In this document: positions 1 to 13,167 of the stretch, piece after piece | How the letters are laid out: every line of letters begins with the position of its first letter | How positions within the stretch are numbered: position 1 is the stretch's first letter | NCBI GenBank assembly: GCA_964016885.1 | Contig: OZ024746.1 | Coordinates: 88,784,001 to 88,848,000 of the forward strand | DNA from: Eledone cirrhosa | Lineage: Eukaryota | Direction: 5' to 3' | Length of the DNA: 64,000 nucleotides | Position numbers and translations under genes: made by a program | The notes under the pieces: generated by a model | Seen by the model: the letters and a program-made list of their open reading frames with translations, nothing else | Databases searched by the model: none | Told to the model about the DNA's origin: nothing

Positions 1-1056
1 TGTGTAAGTTGTTTAGTGTCGCTTAGTTAAGAACAATGGATACGGGTTTGGTTACTTGGAGGTGCATATGAGTAAATTATGCTGATATGGATTATAATCT
101 ATAATTAGGAAATGCTTTTATGTTTTCAGCTGATTTAATTGTGTCCATATTCAAGAAAACTTGCCATCATACTAAATGGTTAGATTTCATCAAACAGCCT
201 AATTATCGCACGCAGGTCGTCTCTGCTCTCTCTAACACGCCCTAGCATTAAAGCCCAAACCCCTCACAAGTACATCATAGTTTCGTTTCAATCTGAATTG
301 GTTTTTCCATTTCCAAATAGCATATTACAAGATCTTTGTGGCAGTCAGAGAAACAATATGTTGGATTGGGTGAGGGCTAGGTCATCGCCCAATACATTGG
401 ACCTGACCTGAAGTATAAGGAGATTATACCGATGACTTTATTAGCGACACATGTCTCAACCGTCAACAATACGACTACTTCTTTTCCTCCTCACAATCTT
501 TGATCCCACCCTCATATTCACTGCCGATACTACCATTCAATTTCACGACATCTAAATTTCTATATCTGTTTCCATCTCCCATCCATAAATCCGTTCCAGC
601 ATCTTCTCTTCTCTATCGTTCTTTAATTCATCATTCTACTTTCCGACCAAGGATTAGTCTTAAAATATACCCTATATTTGTTGTTTCCGTCTAGGTTTTA
701 CATACACATATATCTGCATATATGCATGTGTGCGTGTATGTCTGTGTGTGTTGTATGTGTGTGTGTCGGTGTGTGTGTGTCGGTGTGCTTGTGTGTTTGT
801 ACGTGCTTTTGTGTGTGTGAGTCAGTATTTTATTTTGGGAGAGATTTGAGTGTTTGAATATATAATATATATTTATATGTGCGTGTACATATGTTTATCA
901 ATTTATAAAAGAGGGAATAATCTTAGTCTTCATTCATATATATTTGAGTATAAATAATTATTAAAGATCAAAGAAATGTTTATATACTATTGAACGGGAG
1001 CATAAACAGGTATGCTCCCATAGCATCACCCAACAACACTCACATATGTAAGTGTA

Positions 1057-1131
<75 letters not shown>

Positions 1132-1291
1132 TATTTACGTATCGAGAAAGAGAAAAAAAAGGGGAGGAAAGGTGATACATATAGTTATTTGCCAAGTAGC
1201 GTATGCCAAAGGTGCTCCATACTAGTGCCGGCAGTATTAAATATTCGAAGTGTTAATATTTAGTGAGCTAGAGAGTTAGCAGAGCGTAAGC

Positions 1292-1537
1292 ACGTGGGAA
1301 AGTAAGAAATCGGAGAATAGACCGTTAAAACATGTTTATTTAAAACAGCACCTACGTACGTTTCGCCCAGTTGGGATTCTCAAGGACATAACTAATCAAA
1401 ACTCTTTCCGAGCAATGTAAGGAAGACTTTTGATTATTTATGCCCTTGAGAAGCCCAACTGGGCGAGACGTACGTAGGTGCTGTTTTAAATAAACATGTT
1501 TTAACCGTTTATTCTCCGATTTCTTACTTTCCCACGT
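1292..1537. repeat. Fold-back element (~115-bp arms, ~10-nt loop) with a hammerhead motif in each arm; PLE pLTR-derived
   Basis: acgtgggaaagtaagaaatcggagaat... (1292) is the reverse complement of ...attctccgatttcttactttcccacgt (1537); pairing continues to about 1414; right end abuts (TA)n. Confidence 0.9.
1443..1478 (+). ncRNA. Minimal type I hammerhead motif, U3-A8 core variant (GAAA mutated to GAGA in this arm; mirror copy 1349-1387 on -)
   Basis: cc-TTGAGAA-GCCC aact GGGC-GAGA-CGTACG-TA-gg; mirror arm keeps GAAA but has TCCC/GGGC; palindromic stem III ACGTACGT; stem I only ~2 bp. Confidence 0.6.
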
Positions 1538-1664
1538 ATATATATATATATATATATAAGCAAAAGTGATATTCAGTTTATTAGTAATTCAACAAATATA
1601 TATGTTCATAACTGATTCAGAGCACACGACAAGTTTTCTGGAGTATAATATTCAATGATATTAA

Positions 1665-1855
1665 ATAAATGGAAACTATATTTATAAAACCATATTTATT
1701 CTATTATATATATTTCAAGGGTACAAACACTTTATATATATTTCAAGGGTATCAACACTTTGTTTTTTATCTGATGAAAGCGTACCAAAGTGTGGATACC
1801 CTTGAAATATATATAATAAAATAAATATTGTTTTATAAATAGAATTCCCATTTAT
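1665..1855. repeat. Fold-back pLTR module with an internal ~30-nt duplication
   Basis: ataaatggaaactatatttataaaaccatatttatt...tttcaagggta (1665-1735) mirrors tacccttgaaatatatata...ttttataaatagaattcccatttat; further copies of the family on - at ~5152-5250 and ~33342-33432. Confidence 0.8.
1765..1821 (+). ncRNA. Type I hammerhead ribozyme motif
   Basis: TTTTAT-CTGATGA-AAG(cgtaccaaagtgtggatacc)CTT-GAAA-TATATA-TA-ATAAAA: stem I ttttat/ataaaa, canonical core, palindromic (TA) stem III. Confidence 0.8.
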
Positions 1856-2498
1856 CGAGGCCTGTTACAAAACTCTGTCACGACCGCAACCTATTAACGA
1901 TAGTAATGTGGTAACTATTAACTGTCCCCATCGAAGGTCAAATTCCTTCGCCAACAGAATATTCGACCCAACATAGTCATCAATGCTCGCTATTACATAT
2001 AGCTAGCATGTTAAATATTTAACCCAGACTTGGATAATTATAAGTTACCTCACCTACATTGTCTCTCACTTAAGCTCATTAGCACTTCTTAGCTATAAAT
2101 CACCTTTGACTTTAACTTTTCACGGAGTTACCGCCCTGAAACCCGTCTCTATTTAGTAAGGTAAATTTCCTTAAGTTGCCATTTTGTTACGCATAGGCAG
2201 ATCTTGCTTAATACAGCCTCGACAGAAGGGTACGGTTTGCGTATAGCAGACACTAGACATATCCAGGACCCCTTTCGTGAAATATCAATTTATGGAACAT
2301 TACATTCATATAAGCATCTTACTTTAATTTACTTTATATTCCTTATTCCATCTTATCTTTATCAATATTTTCATTATCTCATATTACCTAAGTTACTTAT
2401 CTTCATCTGAACCATATCAATAATGATCTATAATCAATTGATCCAGAAACATTATATGGAGTAGCGAAACAATTGTAAACGGACATTATTATTATTAT

Positions 2499-2689
2499 TG
2501 GATTGGCAGTATCTGTAGAGGGTCGGACGCCATGCTTTCCACCATAGTTACGTCCCTTTACGATCTGAGTTCAAATCCCGCCGAGGTTGACTTTGCCTTT
2601 CATCCTTACGGGGTCGATAAAATAAAGTACCAGTAATGCACTGGACAATTTCTGGCCGTGTGCCTAAAGTAGAAACAATTATTATTATT
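2499..2689 (+). mobile_element. tRNA-derived SINE, family A (resembles the common octopod SINE)
   Basis: A-box-like tggcagtatctg, B-box gagttcaaatccc, body gccgaggttgactttgcctttcatcc...ggggtcgataaaataaagtaccag, (att)n tail; six more copies in the window. Confidence 0.85.
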
Positions 2690-2807
2690 CCTTATTAAAC
2701 TATAATTACACTCCTTATTCCTTACATTAACCTGAAACTATGTTGACACTCTTTAACTAACGTCTTCCTTGTGAATTTTGTGGTCTTGTTTGGCTTAACT
2801 AATGAAT

Positions 2808-2848
<41 letters not shown>

Positions 2849-3041
2849 AAATAAATTACCGAATTATTAACTCATATTGATACTCTGCAATTAAACAAGC
2901 TCAAAGTATAAATAATGACCATTATATATCTGCGCGGGAGATGAAATGTTTTTGATACGGTCAGTATTTAAAACATATGTCGAATTCTCTAACCTCGTAA
3001 TTTTAGACACGAAATTTACTGTGTTTTTTATACATATATTA

Positions 3042-3082
<41 letters not shown>

Positions 3083-3084
3083 TT

Positions 3085-3515
3085 TTAAATAACAGATTAA
3101 AGTTTAAGCAAAGTATCGCTGCTTTCTGTTATTACTTTTATGATTTTAATATCCTCTGTCATTTTAGTTCTACTAATTTATTTAAATTATTTTTAACAAT
3201 GAAGCCGAAAATCATTCGGTTTCCTAAATAGAATATTAGTCTACGGCTCCATTTAGACAATAAACGTGGTTTTGTCTTGCGAGTAATTGTTCTCATCTAT
3301 CGACATAACGACGTATTATCTTCGCTTTTTTCCGTTCATTGCCAGAGAACGTCTTCACGAACCAAAGTAACGCCTCCCTGTTTTACTTCGGTTGCAAAGG
3401 TTTTTCAAAATATTTACTTCTGCGTTCACAGATTGAGTTTTTTGGGGGATTCAGAAGATACCGTTTAGGGTGAAAGCAGCGATTCTATGCTTAAACTTTA
3501 ATCTGTTGTTTTAAT
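3085..3515. repeat. Element with ~43-bp terminal inverted arms; related pieces at 4750-4812 and 53803-53985
   Basis: aaataacagattaaagtttaagcaaagtatcgctgctttc vs gaaagcagcgattctatgcttaaactttaatctgttgtttt; 53880-53985 is a diverged reverse complement of 3320-3430. Confidence 0.7.
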
Positions 3516-3570
3516 AAATATTTGCTAGAGGATTCTTATATATTTGATATATAGTTATCCCTATCGAGCC

Positions 3571-3706
3571 CTCAATACGCGTGGTAGAGTGGTAGCGTGG
3601 GTAATAGGAAAAGGTCAGGACCCCGACTGCTCAGCACCGACCGTTTCGACAGCTAGGTCCCAACTGTCGAAACGTCCGGAAACCATCACCCGTCAGGGTC
3701 CTGACC

Positions 3707-3710
<4 letters not shown>
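3571..3710. repeat. Fold-back of two 3' half-hammerheads related to the 41791 HHR family
   Basis: The - strand reads tagctgtc-GAAA-cggtcggtgctgagcag-TC-ggggtcctgacc...cctattaccca, matching 41849-41905; the + strand has ctgtc-GAAA-cg...cg-TC-agggtcctgacc followed by (TA)n. Confidence 0.6.
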
Positions 3711-3756
<46 letters not shown>

Positions 3757-3803
3757 GTATATTGTTAGTGTTAATGTATAATTCTATGGAAGCATACCTG
3801 TTC

Positions 3804-3837
<34 letters not shown>

Positions 3838-3914
3838 ATGTGTGTGTGTGTGTGTGGTTTGTATATATATATATATACCTGGCAGATGAGTCTTTGCTGG
3901 TGTAAGGTGTATGC

Positions 3915-3975
<61 letters not shown>

Positions 3976-4350
3976 TATATGCGACAGAATGAATGTGTAT
4001 TTGTGTTTGTCTGCGTAGTGCGTATAGTAATTGGACGATGTAGTGCCTCATTAGATTTCAAACACTCAAGTTTCTGATAAATGAAAGGTAGTGGAACATT
4101 ATGCTCAAATAATCATAGGTACGAAATTAATCACATTTCATTGAACTGGAAAATGTTGTTTCAAGTAATAAGAAATGAAAGAAAATATATATATATATAA
4201 ATGCAGAACACGTTACAAATATAAAGCTACATAGAGGAAAACAAGAACAAATATATTAAATGTGACTATAATATATAAGTTTATTTACCAATATAAAAAC
4301 CACACATATGCTTTTCCGTCTTTTCTTGTGTGAGTATATCCACCCACCCT

Positions 4351-4635
<285 letters not shown>

Positions 4636-4837
4636 AGGAGTTGACGAACCCATCATATTTATCAATACCAGGACTGATTGTATCTCACTGTACTCCATGG
4701 GCTATGCAAGATACATTCCTAGAGTATAATAGAGAGAGGGAGGGGCAGTTTCAGACTATCCCGTTACGGGTAAAGCAGGGATTCTTTGTTTAAACTTCAA
4801 TCTGTTATTTTATATATATATATATATATATAATATA

Positions 4838-5034
4838 TTTAGAAACACACAGATACATGCGGACACACACATATACATGAATGCATCCACATCCAACCGT
4901 GAGTTAATGGTGCCAACCTTACCGATGTTGCTCAATGAATGACTGGGACAGACCAATCCGGTTGAACCAGACTGAACCAGTTAAAAATACATTATGAAGA
5001 GAGAAGGAACATTTAGATATAATTAGTAATAAAA
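4838..5034. repeat. Dispersed ~195-bp repeat, second copy at 14641-14849 (pLTR tail of the 14.9-kb palindrome family)
   Basis: tttagaaacacacagatacatgcggacacac...catttagatataattagtaataaaa is nearly identical at both sites; both start at a (TA)n tract. Confidence 0.85.
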
Positions 5035-5765
5035 TATATATATATATATGTAGAAGTTATATTTAATTTATTGTGATAAACCAAGCAAATATTTTTATAA
5101 CTGATATACACAAGTCAACAAATTATTGGAGTAAAAATACAATATATTAACAAATGGAAACTATATTTATAAAACCATATTTATTTAATTATACATATTT
5201 CAAGGACACCAAAGCAAATTATGGTGCGCTTTCATGAAATAAAATATAATATAGATCAGTTTTATAAACAAATATTGACATACCCTTAAAGAATGCGACC
5301 ATGTCGGTTGGAAGCTCCCGGATAGTGGGGTTACTAATTTTATTATTGGTCTATTATGCAAATTAGTGTCGGAGAGGTTTAAATCCCAGTACATTTAAAT
5401 TAAGCCGTTGGAATAGGGAAAAAATAAAAAGAAAAAGAAAAAGAAAAAAGAAAAAGAAAGAGCAAACCCAAAGAAGGAAAACAAAAGAAAGAGAAAGAGA
5501 GAAAACCCGAAGTGAGAGAGTGTTGTATTAACGTAGTTTATGAGATGATGAAGCGAAAAAATAAATATATAGTGGATGAATTACGCGGAGTAAATAAAGC
5601 GTGGATAAATAAATAAATAATAATAACCGGAGAATGTTATCTAATGTTTAAATTTGATTAATTGTTTAATTTATCATTTAAATATGTCAGTTAAATTATT
5701 GAGATCTATGAATTAAAAATTAAAAATTGAGATCTATATATTATTAAAAGAATATATATATATAG

Positions 5766-5942
5766 GGTTAAAGTTGATTAAATCGACCCCAGTGCGTGAC
5801 TGGTACTTTATTTTATCGAGCCTGTAAGGATGAAAGGCAAAGTTAACCTCGGCGGGATTTGAACTCAGAACATAAAGGGTCATAACTACATGCTGCAAAG
5901 CATGGTGTCTGACACTCTACCGATACTGCCAATCCGCCGCCC
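5766..5942 (-). mobile_element. SINE family A
   Basis: tggtactttattttatcga...ggatgaaaggcaaagttaacctcggcgggatttgaactcag...gccaatccgccgcc. Confidence 0.85.
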
Positions 5943-6674
5943 TACAAAAAATAAATAATGAAAAATAAATCTGTATGTGCGTGAGTATGTGTACCTGTGC
6001 ACGTTGTAAATCTCGAACTGTTTACTGTAAGTGTATATCTCTTTGTAAGTATACGTAATTTTCTAACTTTATTTTCCTATTAGCCTAACTTTGTATGCAC
6101 AGTTAATGTATTTACATATTCTTGAAATAATGTATATGCGATAACATATACACGGGTTTGAGAGAAAGTTTAAAGTTTATTCGAAAGCTGGTAGGCATAG
6201 CAAGTTTAGATTGTTGGTAACGAAGTAGACAATCTCGCGAAATATCTAAAGAGAAGGTAAATTGCGAAAACAGGTAAAGAGAATCATACATACATAAATA
6301 AATACATATACACATATATTTTTACGCTCTAATATAGGAATAAAATACAGTCATGTTTACTGCTGGCAATATTTGATCAAAGGCTGATTAATCATGATAA
6401 TATGTAACTAATCATAACCAAATATAAATAAATCTAGTAAAACATACTACACTACTTCAAGTATTCTCCATTCTTTTATAGTTTTCGCCGTTTACTTTCT
6501 CATCTGTGGCAAACAAATATTATCTTAAATACACGTTAATGTAATAGTGCCCACACACATATACAGACACAAACCAAATCAAACAATGGCAACAATAATC
6601 AGGCACACACATGGCGCAATCATATTATCCTGCATCTGATTAATGGCCGCAAATTCATGCCGGGTTCTTGAACA

Positions 6675-6772
<98 letters not shown>

Positions 6773-6782
6773 GTATATATAA

Positions 6783-6817
<35 letters not shown>

Positions 6818-6819
6818 AT

Positions 6820-6971
6820 AGTAATAAACGAAGCCAAATTTTAAATATTTGACTTATTTATTTTAATTTATTTTACATTGCTTCGGAGTAACCAAACCAA
6901 CAAACCAACCTGTGCACTTCGTCGAGTGCTCCAATCTACATTCTAGGGTGTCGTATACAACCAACATACAC

Positions 6972-6975
<4 letters not shown>
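6820..6975 (+). repeat. Upstream partial pLTR (direct repeat of 10344-10490)
   Basis: taataaacgaagccaaattttaaatatttgactta...cggagtaaccaaaccaac...ccaacata matches the segment just downstream of the HHR at 10284. Confidence 0.85.
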
Positions 6976-7048
<73 letters not shown>

Positions 7049-8811
7049 CTTGGGGAGGGTCATATTGTTGAAATAATTTTACCAGAAATAATAACAGAAC
7101 ACACTCGGTGTTTGGTTGGTTTCCGCTTCTGTATCTTTTATATCTCCATAGTTAATTTATTCGGCAATCAACGTTTATCAATGATTGCCCAGGCAGGGGT
7201 GTCTTCTTTTATCTGCTGAAGCAGATAAAAGAAGACACCGGATTGTATCGTGACGATGCTCTATTCACAGTCTATCACCACAACACCAATAGGATGGAGA
7301 GAATGAGGAACCGTATTCGGTATTTTTGTAAGAACCAGGGGCTCAGTATCGAACCAGACCCAAACAGAAAGGTAGTTAACTTCCTATACACCACCCTAAA
7401 CCAGCACAGCGAGCAATACTACCCCTACCACAAGCCCACCGAGAAACTTGTATGTGTTAACGCCAAGTCAAACCACGCTAGGTCAATAATTAAGGCCGTA
7501 GTGAAGAGTGTCTAGGACGGGATCTCCAGCCTGTCCGCAAATAAGGAAATCTTCGATAGCAACGCAGAATATTACAACGCAGCTCTAAATAAGGCGGCGC
7601 ATGGCCAAAATATATCATATAATTCGACGCACCATGATGGGGATGCCCCACTGGAGACCCCGACATATGGTATCCGGGAGGGGGGAACCCTAACAATACA
7701 AGAAGAATGGAAACAACTAAACACCATGAGACCGACACCACCACATTGGCGAAGGGGACGCGTACGCATAACCATAGGAGGAAACCCAATACGAGTAGCG
7801 GTCTCAGGGGTGATACTAACTACCCCGGGTTCGACGCCGCCAACCGCAAGACACAAAGAGGGACTGGTGGAGAACGATCCAATTGTACAGCTCCCAGCGT
7901 GGGCAACAACCACCCCACAGATTCGGCGGGCCGAGAAGTTAGCAAAACACATAGCACCCAAAGGGGAAGCAGCAATGCGGGAACCACTAGCAACCCAACA
8001 ACTCTCCAACAGCCCACGGCGCGCCCAGACCACCCACATAGGAGTAGACGCAGAAGAATCACGTGGTAGAACCCACCCTACTCAGCTGCCTTAAAGAACA
8101 GCTTGGCCCGCTCATTCATAAGAGCACTAGATAAATGTTTCCCGACGGACCATAGATACCGCAAGACCTTCAACAGACATACTGTGAAGCTCTCGTATTC
8201 CACCACGCGAAATGGGTCCCAGCACATAGCTATCATCAATAAGGGTAGACTTAAAACCACACCCAACCACCACAAGTAGCTGGCGAAATAAGCACCAGCA
8301 GAACCATATGGAGGGAAAGAAGGGTGGACCCAGTGCCCACCCTGGAAACCCAAACAGACCTAGGGACGCCCGACCGGGCCCGGGGGAAGTCATCATATAA
8401 TACGTAACGGGAACGCCACACTAGGCACGCGGAGGTCGACCACCTCTGGCAACTGCAGAAACCCCGAATTATGCCCCCTTAGTAATGAATGCCTTAGGAA
8501 GAACTTAATATACGGATGTAGAGTAAAAAACCCCAACTCTGAACACATTTACATAGGATCCACATCAAAGAGCTTTAAAGACCGATGGTATAACCATCGC
8601 CATTCCTTTAATAGGGAGGACAAAAGGAAAAGTACGGCTCTTTCCGAACTGATCTGGAAGCTCAAGCTGGACAGGACCCCGTACTCTCGTGTGTGGTCGA
8701 AAATCATGAAAGTACCACCTGATAAAGGGGGATCTGGCATCTTCAAACTATGTCTGAGCGAGACCGTCGAGATAGTCAGAGGTGGAAGCATCCTGATAAA
8801 CCTCAGGACTG

Positions 8812-9100
8812 ACTTCTTCGAGACATGCAGACACCTCAGGGCCGGGACCTTCTTCAAGCTATGTGGACACATTGGGATGGGAACTTCCCTTAAGCTATAG
8901 GGACTTCTCCGGAACATGTAGACAGCTCAAGGCCGGGACCTTCTCAAGTTATATGGTCAATACCCACACATTATGATGGGAACGCCTCTCAAGCTATAGG
9001 GACTTCTCCGGGACATGTAGACACCTCAGAGCCGGGACCTTCCTCAAGCTATATGGACAATAATAACACATTGGGATGAGAACTTCCATCTAGCTATTAG
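8812..9100 (+). repeat. Three tandem ~90-100 bp units at the PLE ORF 3' end
   Basis: agacacctcagggccgggaccttcttcaagctat...gggacttctccggaacatgt repeated three times; also visible in the - copy at ~36815-37010. Confidence 0.85.
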
Positions 9101-10283
9101 GACAGTAGCCTCACCACACCGAGCCCACGCGGAACCACAATAACTACCCCTAACCCTGCCTCGATCGACTCATGTGACAACACATACTTATGCATATGTC
9201 CATACATAGACACTGTCATTTAAGATTGTACATTCACAGATACTTACATGCGCGTTTGGGTGTGGATGTGTGTGTGTATGTGGGCATATGTGAGTGTGGG
9301 TGGGTGTTTATATGTGACTGTGTGAGTGTGGGTTTATAATGTGGGTGTCTATGTGTGTGTGCGTGTGTGTGTGTGTGCGTGTGTTTGTGTGTGTGTGTGT
9401 GTGTGTATGTGTGTTTGCATAGAGGATGCACCTGGGCTGTGCTGCTTGTGCGTGTGTGCTTGGAACGATGTGAGTTGACATACACGCATATGTACTCTAT
9501 GCCGAAAGAGGAACTGTAGTCTTCTGTATTTCCGGATGTTAACACTCGAGTTCTGGTGTTTTACACTCCACCCTTGACTCATTTGCTCTTAAAACGCACC
9601 ACACCATGATAGTGTAAAGATTTTGATACTTTGCACTTCTCGATTCTGACACACAGCCTTTCTACTTCGGTCAATGTCTTCCAAATCTTTCAAACTTTGA
9701 GATTGTTTATAACACACACGCATTTTATTTTATTCTTTTATTATCTTATTCTTTTTATTATTTTATTATTTTTTTGTTTATTTATTTTTTTTTTTCCTTC
9801 ATTCTTTTGCCTTATATTATTTTACTTCTTTTATTTCTCCATTTTACTTTATCTTATTTCTTCATCTGTTTGGCACCCGACCCCCACCACCACGGAAAAT
9901 TGTGGTAGAATAGATGTCAACACAAACACACAAATTCTTCTAAAAATAGCAGCTGCCGACCTAGAGCTGACCTGACTAATGATCCCCTAACACCAACACC
10001 ACTACCAACACAAGGGAGGAGGTCAGTTGTATTTAACAAAAGCAACTACAATAGATTGCCTTGCCTCAGAAAAATTTCTATAGATTTTCACTGAGGAATG
10101 TTCCCACAACTGACCAATGGGAGGAGATAGTGTCCTTTGACGCATAAATTCGTTTGTTCGAATTCATATGATTCCAGTTCCTCAAAGAAATAACAACCCA
10201 ACCAGGAACTGGGCATATCGGAGTTTTGACGGAGTTAAACACTTCAACAACATGTGTACCTGTCTCTACCACACCAATTCGGA

Positions 10284-10336
10284 CTGCCTGAAGAGGTCAC
10301 AGCCAAGGATGGCTGTCACCGAAATATATATAGCAG
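10284..10336 (+). ncRNA. Type I hammerhead ribozyme motif in PLE pLTR
   Basis: CTGC-CTGAAGA-GGTcACAGCCA agga TGGCTGTcACC-GAAA-TATATA-TA-GCAG; all three stems and the core are intact. Confidence 0.9.
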
Positions 10337-10485
10337 AACACCGTTAATAAACGAAGCCAAATTTTAAATATTTGACTTAATTATTTTATTTTACATTACT
10401 CCGGAGTAACCAAACCAACCTGCACACTCCGTCGAATGATCCAATCTGCATACTTAGGTGTCGGTAAACAACCAACATATGCTCC

Positions 10486-10528
<43 letters not shown>

Positions 10529-10777
10529 CTAGACCGACTGTGACCCGTTGGTTCTCGTTCAGTTCAAAATATTTTCTCAAAATCATGTTCACTTAAAAAT
10601 AATTGGTAGATAATTAAAATATACGCCATTTATATAATGTGAAATGAAACTGGAAGGCCCATATTTATACGTGTGTGTATGCATGTATATAAATGTGTGT
10701 GTTTGTATACACACATATATATGCATGTATGTGTGTATATATATGTGGGTGTCTGTGATCCATATACACTCGTCATA

Positions 10778-10877
<100 letters not shown>

Positions 10878-12685
10878 CAACAACACCACCAACTCTCTCT
10901 TCGATTCTCCTTCTCTGTCTCCTCTCCATCTCTCTATGTCTCTCTCTTTCAATCTACTCTCTTATAACCACTATATTTTTTCTCCCTAACCTTCTCTCTC
11001 TCTCTCTGTTTATGAAGGTACCCTGTAAAACCTCATATCTCGGGAACCCGTGCTTCGATTTATGCGAAGCTTGTATTATTCCATTTGTATTTCCATTTCA
11101 GAGTCAACATCCTTTCAATGTATGTTCCCATTATGAGCCATTTTTGTTGTATTACTTTACAGAAAAGCAATCAAGCAAGCAATCTCCATCTTGTGGTAAT
11201 ATATAGATATATAGATACTTTGTTTTCTGTTAATTTATAGTAAATTGAAATATATTTTTCCTCATTTGTTGTGAAATTTGGGTATACATTTGTACGTGCC
11301 AGTTGAGTTACATTTCAGGGTTGTTATTGGGTAGATTACTATCCATTCTAGATTAGTTAGTAACTTGGCTCTCATTCAATTGATATATGTTATAGGCAAT
11401 CTGTCCAAAACATATAACCTTATCTCATCAATGTCTACTCCTGCTCATGTTTTGCTTCTTTTACCATTTTGTTGTAAATAATCCAGATTGTATTGCTGTA
11501 AAATAAGTGAGAAATTGAGATTTTATTGTACACACAGACATATGCCCTGACGCACATAGACTTAAACACAAACACAAACACACACACACACACACACACA
11601 ACCACACACACACACACACACACACACACAGATATATATATATATATATATGTGTGTGTGTCTGTATGTGTGAGAGAGAGTGTGTATGTGTGTGTGCGTG
11701 CGTTTGTTTTGGGGGTGGGTTATATATTCTCGATTTTTCATAGCTGCCACATTTCGTTTATCTTGAAATATATTGGATATATCGATCATTTTATTGTTTT
11801 TTTTCTGGAATATAAAGGAAGTTTATTCAAACATGTAAGTATACCTTATGTTAAAAAAGAGAAAAGTAAAAGAACAAATGTTATTTTTATTCCGTCTGCT
11901 GCACAATGAAACACAGGCCTCTCTGCCAACCAAGCAACTATGTAAAACTGCGAAAAGAAAACCTACGAAAGCGTCTCGAGATATTCAGATATATTTTTGC
12001 AAATGAATATTTCATTTGTATGCGTTTACTTTACCACGTCTGTAGCATTAAATAAGATGAAATTTGATAAATTCCTATACTGTATATCAGCGATAATAAA
12101 CTATTTGGATGTTTTCCGAAAACATATGATAGATTATAGCTTTCGAAACTTTCTATATAAAAGAACATTTAATATGGAAAGAAATAAAACAGGAATCTTC
12201 CAAAATGTCAGTATTAATTAAGTGTGCCAACTTCTCCTATATTGAAAACAGAAATCTTATGTTTTCACCTGAATAAATATATTGAAAAAAGATCTGGGTT
12301 AATCAAGACGATCCTATTATTTTTAAATACCCCGCATGACTTAACGAAAACCAAACTAATAGGTAAACCAATAGATGTTTCGTAGTATGAATGATTAAAC
12401 AGTTTGCCGTACAATATTTCCTTTAATAATGGGTCAAACTTCATCCATTCAATGCTTCATTGTTTACATTTTATCGAGGCTGATATAATATATTCGTGAA
12501 TAATACTAACGCGTTGAATCAATCATCTCTATATTTCAGAAATGCATTGTTGAACATGTAACCTCATTAATATACCATATATTTACTTATTCAGCAGAAT
12601 GTACATTTATATTTGTTTTGCTGCTGTATATACTATGCTCAATTCACATTATTTCCATGACAAATATGTTGATCTCTCTCTGTCA

Positions 12686-12731
<46 letters not shown>

Positions 12732-12734
<3 letters not shown>

Positions 12735-13167
12735 AGAGAAAACACAGGTAAGCATTAAGAGAAGGATTTAATCCAGGTATTTACGACCGTTTCATTGGTA
12801 AGTGCAACCTTATATTGCTATACTGCAAATAGCAGCCACTCAATTATAATTGTTGTTCACAGTCCAAATTTTCATAATAGTGAGTTACTCTTGAAATAAT
12901 TCTTAATATATAGAGAAAAACATTTATTTGGAATTGTATTTACTAGTATAGAGAGAGAGGAATCAGGAGGTGAGGGGACAGACGGCATAGTATAGAGAGA
13001 GAGGAAGGGGAAAGAGGTAGGAAGTAGAATGACAAACAGAGGTGGAGGTAGGGGTAGAGGTGGAAGGATTCTTTGGTCAGTTTTGATAGCAGACAACATG
13101 TCGTGGAGTGTAGTGAGTTAAAGAGAATTAAATAGATAATAGTGGGAGGGATGGATAGAGAGGGAGA
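12732..13167 (-). repeat. Inverted 5' pLTR of the 13.2-15.8 kb PLE (reverse complement of 15209-15646)
   Basis: ~435-bp arms with only scattered mismatches by eye; left end abuts (TA)n. Confidence 0.92.

Larger units (their letters stand above)
7220..10490 (+). mobile_element. 5'-truncated Penelope-like element, Hydra-clade-like, with long 3' UTR and HHR-bearing pLTR
   Basis: Interrupted coding region: TGLYRDDA (RT motif C), PYHKP..VNAKSNH, ITW*NPPYS, FPTDHRYRKTFNRHTVKLSYS, NCRNPELCPL..CL..NLIYGC, YIGSTSKSFKDRWYNH, CRH end; several stops and frameshifts. Confidence 0.85.

Noticed and set aside
1860-2485. Possible very old Hydra-like EN remnant ending in gc-GAAA-CAATTG-TA
   Set aside because: Only scattered motif hints and no 5' ribozyme core; too decayed to call.
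3447-3485. CAGAAGA-tacc..gggt-GAAA-gcagc-GA hammerhead-like string (also ~4752 and ~53840)
   Set aside because: U4 and the UH cleavage site are absent in all three copies.
8812-9100. Repeats as a CRISPR array
   Set aside because: Contiguous tandem units without unique spacers, eukaryotic context, no cas genes.
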